From Macrostomum lignano (taxonomy: Eukaryota), in assembly GCA_002269645.1 (NCBI GenBank), contig NIVC01000661.1:206724-270723 (forward strand): DNA of 64,000 nucleotides, written 5' to 3'. Below are positions 48,575 through 62,209 of this stretch, piece after piece. The notes under the pieces are model-generated. The model was not told the origin of the DNA and did not search any database. It saw only the letters and a list, made by a program, of their open reading frames with translations. Positions within the stretch are counted from its first letter, which is position 1. Each line of letters starts with the position of its first letter. The position numbers were made by a program, and so were the translations under genes.

Positions 48575-48870
48575 GAAGCCTCTGACATCCGATTTGAAGC
48601 CTCTGACATCCAAGTTAAGTCTCTGACATCCTAGTTGAAGCCTCTGACATCCTAGTTGAAGCCTCTGATACCAAATTTCAAGCCCCTGACATCCAAGGTA
48701 AAGCCCCTGATACCCAATTTCAAGCCCCTGACATCCAAGGTGAAGCCCCTGATACCCAATTTCAAGCCCCTGACATCCAAGTTGAAGCCTCTGATACCCA
48801 ATTTCAAGCCCCTGACATCCAAGTTGAAGCCTCTGATACCCAATTTCAAGCCCTTGACATCCAAGGTAAA
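48575..48870. repeat. Minisatellite, ~42-bp unit ctgacatccaaggtgaagcccctgatacccaatttcaagccc
   Basis: Direct tandem copies. Confidence 0.9.
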
Positions 48871-49612
48871 GCCTCGATTGACGAATTCCATCTGGTAGCA
48901 AAATTAGTGACTGCAACATTTGTTAGAATTATGTATGCTTTCCGTAATTATTCAGGTATGATGAGTTCGGGGGGGACCTCCAGTAAGGAAGTCCGTGAGA
49001 CTGGGTGAAAAAAAGGAATAAAGTTCTCCATCAAGATCCACAGCTAAGGAAACTGAAACTAATGAGCTGCCAACATGGGCTCGCATTGTTTTCGGATGTA
49101 GCGATTCATGCACAGCTGAATGCTCGAACACAACTGGCTTGCGCCAGAGCAAGTTTTGCCTTCTTTAATTAGACTGAAATTTGCCTGGTTTTGTTCCATA
49201 TAGATTCTCTTCTAAAAGCAGCCAGTTCAGCGTGCGAGCGCAGCTCTTGCCTGCTTCTTCGGATGCTGACCATGATGCTGTTGAATAAATTCGTTTCCGC
49301 TTCTGTCATCAGAGAAATGATGATGAGAAGACGATGATGTACTACTGTTAGTGATCAGTACTCGTATTTTAGTTGCCACGCTTGTTTCATTTTAATAAGA
49401 TAAAATGGGCAGTTTTTTATACTGAACCTCCAAAACATGGCGCCTCAACCCTCGTCATAGCGCCTCAACCCTTGACAATGCACCTCAATCCTCACATTAG
49501 CGCCGCAACACTCAATCATGGAGCTTCAACCCTCACCATAGCGTCTCAAGACTCACCATTGTTCCTTAACTCTCAACATGGCGCATGATGCCTTAACCCA
49601 CGCCATCGCGCC

Positions 49613-50901
49613 GGGAGCACGACGTTTGCCCGCCGACGTTTGCCCGCCGACGTTTGCCTGTCGGAAGTTTGCCCGCCGACCTTTGCCCGCCGACCTTTGC
49701 CCGCCGACCTTTGCCCGCCGACCCCTTTGCCCGCCGACGTTTGCCCGCCGACGTTTGCCCGCCGACGTTTGTCGGTCGAAGATTGCCCGCCGAAGTTTGC
49801 CCACCGACGTTTGCCCGCCGAAGTTTGCCCGCCGACGTTTGCCCGCCGAAGTTTGCCCGCCGAAGTTTGCCCGCCGACGTTTGCCCGCCGAAGTTTGCCC
49901 GCCGACGTTTGCCCGCCGACGTTTGCCCGCCGACGTTTGCCCGCCGACGTTTGCCCGCCGACGTTTGCCCGCCGGAAGTTTGCCCGCCGAGGTTTGTCTG
50001 CCGACGTTTGCCCACCGACATTTGCCCGCCGACGTTTGCCCGCCGACGTTTGCCCGCCGACGTTTGCCCGCCGACGTTTGCCCGCCGACGTTTGCCCGCT
50101 GACATTTGCCCGCGGACAATATTTCGCTCCATATTTGGCTGAGTGACATTTCCCCCTAAAGGAGGTCGATTCTCATTGTGTTTTCAACTCCTTTTCATTT
50201 AGCCGCATGATTAGAATCATGAACGGAAACATGATGCGAAATAAAATTGTGAAGATTAAATTTACTTGACGGTAATAACATAAAATTATTAGCTGTACCG
50301 TTTCACATTTTTACGTTTATTTGTGTAGCGGCTGCACTCTCGTTTTTCGAAGATCGAAGGTGAGCACCTCTCGTGGAAAAAATCTTGGATAAATGGATCT
50401 ACTTGACAATGTGTAATGCATGCGCATACAGAAATATATGCGACTGAACTGAAATAAATAACAATCACTGTAATTTTTGAAGAGCTTGTTGTGTAGCTGG
50501 ACTGGAATGGAATCCAAGTGGAATGGAATGGAATGGAATCTAAGTAAAAATGTAAAAATTCATTTTTCGTACACGAAGCTATACACAGAAAGATTGATTG
50601 AGGGCAAACGTCGGCGGGCAAACGTCGGCGGGCAAACGTCGGCGGGCAAACGTCGGCGGGCAAACGTCGGCGGGCAAACGTCGGCGGGCAAACGTCGGCG
50701 GGCAAACTTCGGCGGGCAAACTTCGGCGGGCAAACGTCGGCAGACAAACGTCGGCGGGCAAACGTCGGCAGACAAACGTCGGTGGGCAAACTTCGGCGGG
50801 CAAACTTCGGCGGGCAAACTTCGGCGGGCAAACTTCGGCGGGCAAACTTCGGCGGGCAAACGTCGGCGGGCAAAATTCCAGCGGGCAAATTTCGTAGACC
50901 C
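49613..50901. mobile_element. Non-autonomous foldback/Mutator-like DNA transposon with tandem-repeat inverted arms and a 9-bp TSD
   Basis: TSD catcgcgcc at 49604-49612 and 50902-50910. Termini gggagcacgacgtttgcccg and the reverse complement gggtctacgaaatttgcccg. Arms are built of 14-bp gtttgcccgccgac (49620-50110) and its reverse complement (50603-50890); the core is AT-rich and non-coding. Confidence 0.85.
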
Positions 50902-51914
50902 CATCGCGCCTCAACACCAATTGTGGTGCTTCCAACATCCTTTCTGGCGCTCAACCGTAAGTAAAATTTTATTTCGGGTAAGAAAAAGTTTCTCTTTCCT
51001 AACAACCTTACTAGTAGTAGAGTAGAGTGTAACATGTCCTAATTTCAAGTTAACCACTGCGAAGAAAAATTATCATGAAGAAAAAATGTTTTAATATTAG
51101 AAAAAACAGTCAATAGAAATATTCAGAGCACATTTTTGCTTCTATTTTTCATCAAACAATTTTTTACTTAATATAGAAAAGATGCAGAGTGCCGACACAC
51201 TGCTCTGATACAAATAAAACACCTGCCACTTTATAGATCCCAGCATGCAGGCCATGATTATGAATTCTGTATATTATAGGAAGTGTCGCCTTAAGCCTTA
51301 ATAAGAATTACTTATACGTGCGTATATGCACATGACTCACTCTGTTGGGATCGAGAAGACGGGGAGAGATGAAGAGAGTGCCCGCCGAGGGAGGTCTTTA
51401 TTGACAAAGAAGCATGTTGTAATAACCACACAGACCGAAGCAGATGGGCTGTCAGTGCCTTTGAAATCGGCTGGGCTCTTGTGTGTATGTGGTTGCGCAA
51501 CTTTGGACCCGCGGCCCCCAAAGACTGGCGTGTTACCGCAATACCTTATTAACAGAGGGAGATGAATATAGCTGTGATAGTGGTCGCAAGCTCACGTGTA
51601 TACATATTCGATTTCAATTCTGTTCTATTTATAACATGCTGTGTAGGCTTTAAATATTATAATTAGACCCATCTGTCCCTTATATTCTGTACATATGTAT
51701 GTGTACACACGTGTTTAACATATGCTGTACATGCACTGTACACTATACGTAGTAACCGTGTATACTATAGAAAATATTGCCTTCAGGCTTCGGCTGTACT
51801 TTACTTTAGTCCATCTGCTAGTACAACATGTACGTGCGTATGCATGTGCATTACAGAGGACTTGTATTTACGTATATGTACTTCAGAGTGAATGGTACCC
51901 TGAAAAATGGTAGT

Positions 51915-52550
51915 TTAGGACTACAAAATGGTAGTTAAGGACTACAAAATGGTAGTTAAGGACTACAGAATGGTAGTTTAGGACTACAAAATGGTAGTTA
52001 AGGACTACAGAATGTAGTTTAGGGCCACAAAATGGTAGTTTAGGGCTACAAAATGGTAGTTTAGGGCTACAAAATGGTAGTTTAGGGCTACAAAATGGTA
52101 GTTAAGGACTGCAAAATGGTAGTTAAGGACTACAGAATGGTAGTTTAGGACTATACAGAATGGTAAGTTTAGGACTACAGAATGGTAGTTTAGGACTACA
52201 AAATGGTAGTTAAGGACTACAAAATGGAGTTTAGGGCTACAAAATGGTAGTTTAGGACAACAAAATGGTAGTTGAGAGCTATAAAATGGTAGTTATGGAC
52301 TACAAAATGGAGTTTAGGACTACAAAATGGTAGTTAAGGACTACAAAATGGAGTTTAGGACTACAAAATGGTAGTTTAGGACAACAAAATGGTAGTTGAG
52401 AGCTATAAAATGGTAGTTAAGGACTACAGAATGGTAGTTTAGGGCTACAAAATGGTAGTTAAGGACTACAAAATGGTAGTTGAGAGCTATAAAATGGTAG
52501 TTAAGGACTACAAAATGGAGTTTAGGGCTACAAAATGGTAGTTTAGGGGC
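51915..52550. repeat. Minisatellite, ~21-bp unit ggactacaaaatggtagttta
   Basis: Direct tandem copies. Confidence 0.93.
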
Positions 52551-55500
52551 TACAAATAGGTATATTTGAGAGCGATCTTACATAATAACTTTCCTTATAT
52601 AGTGAATTAGCCCAACATCATCTGAAAATTCCTAATTCTGAGCCAGTTCTCGTAAGAGTTTTCCCACGGTTCTGCAGCACATATAAATGTGGATGGACGT
52701 AGACAGACAGGCGGACTTCCCCCCTGCCCATCCCCCGTAACACTGGCTGCTGTATATTTACAGGAAATGCATGCAAACGCGCATGCTTTTGTTGACTAAA
52801 AGCCAGGCTAAACCTTCCATTTAAACAGCCCCTGGTAACGCCTTGGCGCCTACAAAGCAAACTGATTCTGTGCCCATACAGCCTGCCAAACCGTCATCGC
52901 CTTTTATAGTTTTGTGCGATTGCGTAATCGCGACTGCATCCTCGCACGTCAGAACTGTTTGTTCCCCATGGCTAGCGAAGCAAGCAGAGTGGCGGCCAGC
53001 CCAGAGGCTTTCATATGCTGGCCTCTCGAAGCAGAAGTGAAACTGTTTCCAGCTTCATCGTCATCAGGAGGACCCATCAGTCAATGTCGCACGGTCTCGG
53101 CTAAGTAATAATAATGTAGATCACTAATGCGTATTGGAGGCATGCCTAAGGCTGTTATGAATTATGATCCCTAAGAAAAACTCAGAATCAGAAACCCAAA
53201 GTCAAAGAGAAAATACGAATAAAATTCTAGCAAAGTACATACGGTAGGTAGCTACTTTGTAATGAACGTCAGATGTCCTTTTAATAGTACAATGTACGAG
53301 CTCGCTCACTTTAAAAGGATGGGAATTACGGTATTGAAATCATCATAATCGCAAGGGCAATAAAAAAGTCACGGCCGGGCCCATGCAGGCGAGGCGAGGA
53401 GCATTAAGCTTTTTTAATATGATCCCTTGCGGGAACAGGAAGGATTGAAGCAGCTGGGAAAGGAAAAGAAGTTTGGAGGAACGAACGTGGGGAGAAGGAG
53501 GCCCGGAAGGGGTAGGCAAAGATAGGTGGGTTAAGGGGTGGTAAGATAGATGCATTAAAACCGACAGTCTACAGACACAAACCCCGTTAAGAAGCAGGAG
53601 GAAGGCCGGTCCTTCGCCAATAGCCCAACCCTATCCAGTCCGCCGGACCCTCCCCACCAGATAAACTCCGGAGGACTCGCTCCTCCCCTCAGCCAGTATA
53701 GCCCCTCCCCCTCCAGGGGGCAGGGGGAACGAGGGAAGGAAAAGACGGGTTGTACCAACCCCCAAGCTAGCCCCTCTCCTATCGAATTCAACAGACCAAC
53801 GACGAATGACAAGGGAGAGAACGGCAGAGTCTGCGGGGGGGGGGCAGGGAGGGGGTGGGTGCGCTATTGGGGGACGGGTCGGATGGCTTGGCTTTAATAT
53901 AAAATAGGAATAGCGCGCAAATGCGAAGTGAGGGGCCTACTACTACTAAATAACAGGGCGAAATATTTTTTGTATTAATAATACAGGCAATAGCGTTAGT
54001 CGGCTATAGTGGCGTATGTATTTTATACTGGCAAAGGCTTAAAACAAACACAACTGTGCAGTGTAAGCAGGGCCCTCTCCCGCCCGTACTGGAACCGCTC
54101 ATTCTGCGCTCTGCTTGTTCTTCGCCAATTTGCAATTATTATTATTATTAAGAAGAAAAGAAGAGGGGCGGAGACCAGACTCGCAGCTGTATCTTTTTAT
54201 TTCATCTCTCACGAGTCTGAAAGCTTGTCAGAGGACAGCAAACTCGGAGCAATTTTTTTGATTTGATCAAAGAAGCGAAAGAACATAGAAAGACTGCTAG
54301 AGAGCATCTTTTCTTTTCTGCCTGTCGCTGGTGCAAGAATTCAAGCAACAGATTAACAAAAGGCAAGGTAAGACAAGGTTAGTAATTGCTCTGTTTCAGC
54401 TGACTCTCCTGGTTTATTATCGCTTTTTCTCAGACTCAGACTAAACAAAATAAAAAATCGCTGTTTCGAATTCATCGCCTGTATATTCGTTTCGATTGCT
54501 TTTAGCGGAAAATGTTGCTTTTAGAAGAAGCCGACACAGTCAGTCATAGCCTGCGGCTGCAGCAGCCTGCCATTTTTGCTTTGTTCTGCTCTCTGCCTCT
54601 TTTGTTCTATTTGATTTTGAACTCCCGCCTGCCTTTGAATACTGTGACAGAATTTCACCTATGCAAGGCCGATGGCATGCCATGCATGTATTCATGTTTC
54701 CCCCACTTTCCAAAGCTTCTACCATTATTATAAAGAGGCCTAATCTAGTCCCTAGTCACAAGGCCCGGGTAGGTGAGTTTTGGCACTGAGCAGAGCTACT
54801 CAGCTACTCTCCCAACTCTTTATCTCTCTTCCCCTCTTCTATGCCTCTCGATTGTCTTCTAAGTCTCATCCATGGCTTCATAATAGTGCCCTCTGCTGCG
54901 GTGTCTCCCCGATTCAGTTAAACTGGCTGACGCACGCACTATGCAGACTCCCTCCCCCATCTCTCATCGCAATGGAGAGCATTAGAATGAGGTTTTTTAC
55001 CTGCGCCAGCGTAGGTTAGATTAGACACAGAGAAGGCAGTATTCTTTTTTCAAAGTGGCAATATCCCCGATTGCAGCAAAAATAAAAGTACATTCTATCG
55101 ATCCATTCGAATATTTTACTCTCTATAAGTGCTTTCCCTATTGGGATTGTCGGATTGATTGATAGGTACCTGGCTTACCTGTCTTGCCATAGGGAAGGCA
55201 ATTAGGCAAGGTAGGCAATCGAGCTCTGGCTGCTATAACCCTCTTGTAAAACAAATTTGCCTTCCATTATCGTCTTTGAAAAGCTGAAACATTGGCCCGG
55301 AGTAAACAGCTGGAGTATAGACTATGCCTCGCAGTATTTTTAGTCATAGCAATCAGCTAGGCAAACGGCGTGAGTAACTATATCTTCAGTTGCAGTAGTC
55401 TCTGCCTCGTCATCTTCTCATCTAATAGCAAATACTTTTTTCTGATAAAACCATTGTGAAATATTTATTTCAGTTAGCTTTTCAGTTATCTGACTAACAA

Positions 55501-56329
55501 AGTACGAGACAAAGGGTGTAACTAATTAACTAATTTAATTGGCATCACGTGATTTAGCACGTAGCACAAAAACAATGTTATGTTGCCCATTGCCCAACCT
55601 TTAATACCTTTAACGTGATAATTATCGCCCTTATCAGTACGAGCCAGGCTTGGTTTTTGGCTCCGAAGAGGGAGTGAACGGTAGACCTACCTTGGCTTAT
55701 CAGAGCTGTTAAAATCAGGTCCATCCACACCTCGGACTGATTATTAGATCGATAATTGTTTTACGGCGAGGGGAGCAGGCAGGGTAGAGGCCTCCGCCCC
55801 TATAACAGTGTTAGCGTAATTAACAGTCTGCATGGGCTCTGAAATGCGAGACCATCTGCTTGCCTACCTGCCCATATCCATTTGCTCTCACCTGGCCAGT
55901 TCAGAACAGAAGCCAGCAAATAGGTGTGGGTCCTCCCGCCTTTGCCTTGTCGCGCGAGATTTTCCAATGACAAGATTGACGACTCTTACGAATTTTTCTT
56001 CTCGGATTACAGCCTCTTCCCCGCGTGACAATCTTATCTTATAAAGAAATCCTGGGCGCGCATGCTTGAGCGTGAGTTCAGCGATTAGCTTAATCAGGCA
56101 GGCAGGAACTGTACTACAGGTGGGCGAATGCCACTGAATGCAATCGTGAACTAGTGTTTAATGAAAAGACTCGTCTAAAGAAAGTTATTAATGACACTCA
56201 TTCTAATGACATGCAACTGACAATTGACTGAAAAGTTCTATCTGAAATCTGACTGACTCAAACCCCTTAACTGTACCCCCCCCCCCTCACTCGGTGACTC
56301 AACCACTCTGAGAATCGCCCTCTAACTTA

Positions 56330-56770
56330 ATCAGTTTGAGAATCGCCCTCTGACTCAACCAGTCTCAGAATCGCCCCCTGACTCAACCAGTCTCAGAATC
56401 GCACTCTGACTCAACCAGTCTCAGAATCGCACTCTGACTCAACCAGTCTCAGAATCGCACTCTGACTCAACCAGTCTCAGAATCGCACTCTGACTCAACC
56501 AGTCTCAGAATCGCACTCTGACTCAACCAGTCTCAGAATCGCACTCTGACTCAACCAGTCTCAGAATCGCACTCTGACTCAACCAGTTTGAGAATCGCCC
56601 CCTGACTCAACCAGTTTGAGAATCGCCCTCTGACTCAACCAGTTTGAGAATCGCTCTCTGACTCAACCAGTCTCAGAATCGCCCTCTGACTCAACCAGTC
56701 TGAAAATCGCCCTCTGACTCAACCAGTCTGAAAATCGCCCTCTGACTCAACCACTTTAAGAATCACCCCT
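56330..56770. repeat. Minisatellite, 28-bp unit ctgactcaaccagtctcagaatcgcact, upstream of LHFPL
   Basis: Direct tandem copies. Confidence 0.94.
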
Positions 56771-57018
56771 GTAGTTTAGATCCTTCAGTCATCTCTAGAG
56801 CTCTCCCTCTAAAAACCTGATGGAGAAACTGTTTGAGCCTTATTGCCTTAATATTTTTTTGTAAAATATCAAAAACTAATCTTGCCTCTCAAAAAGTGTG
56901 TACTCAAAAACAACTTCCCAGAATTGGCAGCGGAGCTGCGGCGTGAAACCGCAATATGCGCTCAAACGGATGCAACGGAAACGGACGCCCGCCGCTTCAT
57001 CACCGCAGCCACCAATCC

Positions 57019-60000
57019 ATGGAGAGCTACTCAGATGCCGCCGCGGCCGCAGCCGCAGCCGCATCCAGCAAGACCGACCAGCTTCTTGAGAGACGCAAAG
57101 CTGCTGCCACGGCGAGTTCGTCCAGCAGCGCTGGTCAGCAGCGCTCCGACATGGTGGCCGTACTGTCGTCGAAAGACGCCGCCGCGTCGGCCGTGGCAGC
57201 CTTCAACCTGCGCTGTCTGTGGGTCGGCTGGGTGTTCATGTGCTGGGTTGGCGGCATGATGACCGCCGCCGGCTTCCTGCTGCCCTACTGGCTCAAAGGC
57301 AGCCGGGAGGCCAGCAATGTTAAAAAACAGCTCAGCGATTTGGGCCTGTTCAGGCTGTGCGCCTATCCTAGACAGGTTGATGGACAGGTGAGCTTGTTTT
57401 AACTTTATTTGCTTGGAATTTCGAGAAAATAGCTGAATAACTTTGGTGTCACCTTCAATGTCATTTTGGTAGATCCGATCTCATTCTTTCAAGGTCATTT
57501 GACTTCGAATCATTCTTTCAATATCATTTGACTTCCGACCCATTCTTTCAAGGTCATTTAACTTCGACCCATTCTTTCAAGGTCATTTGACTTGGACCCA
57601 TTCTTTCAAGGTAATTTGACTTCGACCCATTCTTTCAAGGTCATTTGACTTCGACTCATTCTTTCAAGGTCATTTGACTTCGACCCATTCTTTCAAGGTC
57701 ATTTGACTTCGACCCATTCTTTCAAGGTCATTTGACTTCGACTCATTCTTTCAAGGTCATTTGACTTCGACCCATTCTTTCAAGGTCATTTAACTTCGAC
57801 CCATTCTTTCAAAGTCATTTGACTTCGACCCATTCTTTCAAGGTCATTTGACTTCCGACACTACCTTTTGAAGGTCATTTGATTTCAGACCCCATTCTTT
57901 CAAGGTCTTTAACTTCGACCCGATTCTTTCAAGGTCATTTAAATTCAGGCCCCATCCATTCAAGGTCAATTGAATTCAGACCCCAAAATTTCAAGGTCGT
58001 CTAGCTGTAGTTAGATTCCTATAACCCTTTCAGGGCTATTATGGCTTGACTGTAACTTTCAAGGTCATTCAGATACTACTCAAAATCTCGAGGTTATTTG
58101 ACAGCCAAAATGTACAATACAATGTACATTGATCGATCCTCAACCTTGGCTCAACCCACCCAGGTCCGTCTGGTGATGGACTGCGCTCATTATCGCCACT
58201 TCGCCGAGATCCCCAGCCCGCTGTGGAAGCTGGCCTTCGTCCTGATGGCCACCGCCTGCTGCCTGCTGCTGTTATTGACTTTCTTCCTGGCTTTCACCGG
58301 CTTCCGGCTGTTCATCCTGCGCATCCGGTCGGTGGTGGCCATCTGCGGGGTTGCCCAGGCGTTCAGCTGTGAGTTTTGGCCAATTTTTGCGATTGCTCGA
58401 TGATATGCAATTTCTAGGGATCACCTTGGATCTAGGGGAAACTAGGATTTCTAAGAAAGTCCTATTCAAATCTCAGGATAAGGATTTGTAGGATTGGGAT
58501 TTATGATTTATGGGACCTGGGATTTATGGGATCTGGGATTTATGGGATTGGGATCTGGGATTTATGGGATTGGGACCTGGGATTTATGGAATTGGGATCT
58601 GGGATTTATGGGATTGGGATCTGGGATTTATGGGATTGGGATCTGGGATTTATGGGATTGGGATCTGGGATTTATGGGATTGGGACCTGGGATTTATGGA
58701 ATTGGGATCTGGGATTTATGGGATTGGGATCTGGGATTTATGGGATTGGGATCTGGGATTTATGGGATTGGGATCTGGGATTTATGGGTTCCGGGATTTA
58801 TGAGATTGGGATCTGGGATTTATGGGATTGGGACCTGGGATTTATGGGATTGGGATCTGGGATTTGGGAAATTGTGATCTGGGATTTGGGAAATTCCATG
58901 TGAAAAAGGTATCTAGCTCATTTTTCAATCTAATCTTTTGTTAAGGTTTGCTTTTCCTTTTAATCCTTTTTTAAGTCCGCGACAGTTAATTAACTGTCCG
59001 CTGAATTTTGTTCAACTATTTCCTAGAAACTTCCATTCATTCGTGTTTTTAAAGTTATATTTAAAATTAGTTTGCAAGGCTGGTGTAAGAAAGCTTGAAA
59101 TAAAAAACCCACGCAGGGGCCGATGGATGAGATGACGGAGCATCGGTGAGCTCGCAGCATGCTCAGCCTGATCTGCTGCTTTCTCAGGCTGTGGCACTTC
59201 AAAAAAATCATACCCAAACTCAGCTCTGACTCTGAGTTGTTTTTTTTTCGTCGATTTTTAATGATCCTAATGGTTCTCAAGTAGTACCACCTACTCTTCC
59301 AAATCCTCAGTACTGGGTCGTCCTTTCAAATCCTCAGTTGCTGGGCCAGCCTCGCCAGCCTCCCAGATCCTCAGTTGCTGGGCCAGCCTCTCAGATCCTC
59401 AGTTTCTGGGCCAGCCTCCCAGATCCTTAGTTGCTGGGCCAGCCTCCCAGGTCCTCAGTTGCTGGGCCACCCTCCCAGATCCTCAGTTGCTGGGCCAGCC
59501 TCCCAGATCCTCAGTTGCTGGGCCAGCCTCCCAGATCCTCAGTTGCTGGGCCAGCCTCCCAGATCCTCAGTTGCTGGGCCAGCCTCCCAGATCCTCAGTT
59601 GCTGGGCCAGCCTCCCAGATCCTCAGTGGCTGGGCCAGCCTCCCAGATCCTCAGTTGCTGGGCCAGCCTCCCAGATACTAAGACGGGTCGGCGCTATTCC
59701 AGACCCCCCTGTGCTACAGTCAGGAAGATGCCCTTGCCTGTACTGTGGTATAGGGGCACTTAGCCACATTTTTATAGTACTGACTGACATTTAAAAGCTT
59801 CTATTTTCCAGTCACTTGAAAAAACTCACTTCCCGTCTTCGGAACCTGAAGAAGCCACTTAAAAATTGGTTCATTTGGTCCTTCCTCAGCTTCCAAAGTT
59901 ACGTCCGTGTAATTTTTTCTTTAAATAGCGATCGCAGGGTGGGCGGCGGCGCACGCACCAAGAACTGCAGATTCCGCCGGTCGAACCAGATGAAGGAGGA

Positions 60001-62166
60001 GTCTGGCGGACCGTGGGACCTTCAATTTCCTCACCAGTATTCCAACTATAGAATAAACAACCTCGCAAATATCGGATTTCGAATTTAACTACGGGGGGGC
60101 ACGTACTGTAGTACTATATCTGTGACTAATGCGGCCGAGGAAGGTTTGAACTTTTTTCTCGAGAAAATCACTCGGAAACCCAAACCCTAGCACTAGCCTT
60201 AGCCCTAGGACTCTGTTCTAATCCAGCTTGAACTACCTTTATCTAATTAGCTGCAGAAAATATTCATTGATTTCCATTTAATCCCAGATTCCCAATGGAA
60301 TTGAAGTTCAGTGTTGTTTTTTCAGAGTTCCAAGCTTATTAGTCTTTCTTATCTTACCTGCATTAGAAAACTTTATCAAATGAAATTCAGAATAAAATGT
60401 GTCTTTGCATGAGATGAGAATTTTTAGTTGAAAATCCTGCGACTCAGCTTCCCATTTCATTTGACAGGGGCGGCATTTCATTTGATATAGGCGCCATTTC
60501 ATTTGATGAGAGCACCATTTCATTTGATGGGGCGCCATTTCATTTGATATAGGCGCCATTTCATTTGATGGGAGCACCATTTCATTTGATATAGGCGCCA
60601 TTTCATTTGATATAGGCGCCATTTCATTTGATGGGAGCACCATTTAATTTGATATAGGCGCCATTTCATTTGATGGGAGCACCATTTCATTTGATGGGGC
60701 GCCATTTCATTTGATATAGGCGCCATTTCATTTGATGGGAGCACCATTTAATTTGATATAGGCGCCATTTCATTTGATGGGAGCACCATTTCATTTGATG
60801 GGGCGCCATTTCATTTGATATAGGCGCCATTTCATTTGATGGGAGCACCATTTAATTTGATATAGGCGCCATTTCATTTGATGGGAGCACCATTTCATTT
60901 GATGGGGCGCCATTTCATTTGATATAGGCGCCATTTCATTTGATGGGAGCACCATTTAATTTGATATAGGCGCCATTTCATTTGATGGGAGCACCATTTC
61001 ATTTGATGGGGCGCCATTTCATTTGATATAGGCGCCATTTCATTTGATGGGAGCACCATTTCATTTGATATAGGCGCCATTTCATTTGACAGGGGCGGCA
61101 TTTCGGGGGTGCCATTTCATTTGATGGAGGCGCCATGTCATTTTGACAGAGGCGCCATTTTACTTGATGGGGGCGCCATTTCATTTGACAGAGGCGCCAT
61201 TTCATTAATTGGGGGCGCCATTTCATTTGACAGAGGCGCCATTTCATTAATTGGGGGCGCCATTTCATTTGATGGAGGCGCCATTTCATTTGATGGGGCG
61301 CCATTCATGTGAACTATCATTGATAATTGGTTAAATAAAAAAAAATTATTGGTTCAATAAAGCCGTACAGGGTTTTTATGACGTCGCCATGAAGTTCCTG
61401 AGTTTATAATTAAATTTGACTGTAGAGAAAAAATACAATACAATCAGTAAATGCATAACAATGGCTCGCATGCTGCACTATACGCCAACAATGTCGTTAA
61501 TTAACTCATCTTTATGCTCGCCTCTGCTGCATCAGCGTTCATCATCAAGCCTTACTATAGCCTTAATGGCCTCACATGCTGCAGTGAGCTCTCTGTGCCA
61601 TTTCCCATCTTTTACTCATCTACTCATTTTTGCTGCCTGCGCCTATCCGTTTAATACCAAATTACGTAACATAATTATCCGGCCTGTTATGGCACACCCA
61701 CTGCTTAATCATAATCCTCTCCCCTGACTCTTAATTTGGGATCAAATTTATTTTAGGAGGCCAAAAAGCTTCGATCCTTTAACTCGCACGAGCCGCCGTG
61801 GGAAAATTGGAGATGACAGGTCTGGGTGTTGGGATGAAGGGGAAAAAGGAAGCTTGGGATCTTTTGAAGAGAGGTTGGGATCTTTTGAAGAGAGGTTGGG
61901 ATCTTTTGAAGAGAGGTTGGGATCTTTTGCTGAGAGTTTGAGATATTTTGCAGAGAGATTAAGATCTTCTACCGAGAGTTTGAAATGTAATATTTTTCTG
62001 TATGTTTTTGAAAAAAGTTTTAGGATGTGACACAAAGAATCCCACATTAAATAATTTCCCTCAGCGCTGTTCGTTCTGCTGTCCTGCCTGCTGTACGCTG
62101 CCGGCTGGCGAGCCAACCCGGACGTGGCTCAGGTGTGCGGCAACAACGCTGACGCCTTCAACCTGG
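57019..62166 (+). CDS. LHFPL: LHFPL/TMHS-family tetraspan membrane protein; exons 57019 (or 56956)-57387, 58164-58368, 62065-62166; the last exon was not found in the window
   Basis: PYWLKG...LGLFRLCAYP / CAHYRHFAEIPSPLWK...VAICGVAQ / LLSCLLYAAGW..NPDVAQVCG...FNLG match LHFP-like family motifs. Canonical GT-AG junctions in phase. The paralog cannot be determined by eye. Confidence 0.9.
57480..57990. repeat. Intronic minisatellite, 29-bp unit cccattctttcaaggtcatttgacttcga
   Basis: Direct tandem copies in LHFPL intron 1. Confidence 0.94.
58490..61305. repeat. Arrays in LHFPL intron 2: 58490-58890 (gggatttatgggattgggatct), 59300-59675 (cctcccagatcctcagttgctgggccag), 60450-61305 (ggcgccatttcatttgat...)
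   Basis: Direct tandem copies. Confidence 0.93.
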
Positions 62167-62209
62167 GTGAGTTGCTGTGGACAGATTAATGTCATCGCTG
62201 TTGTCTGGG

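Noticed and set aside
49290-49325. Minus-strand CTGATGA...GAAA hammerhead-like cores (also ~53045-53070 and ~9440-9460)
   Set aside because: Stem II cannot form, or GAAA is missing, and no stem I/III pairing was found.
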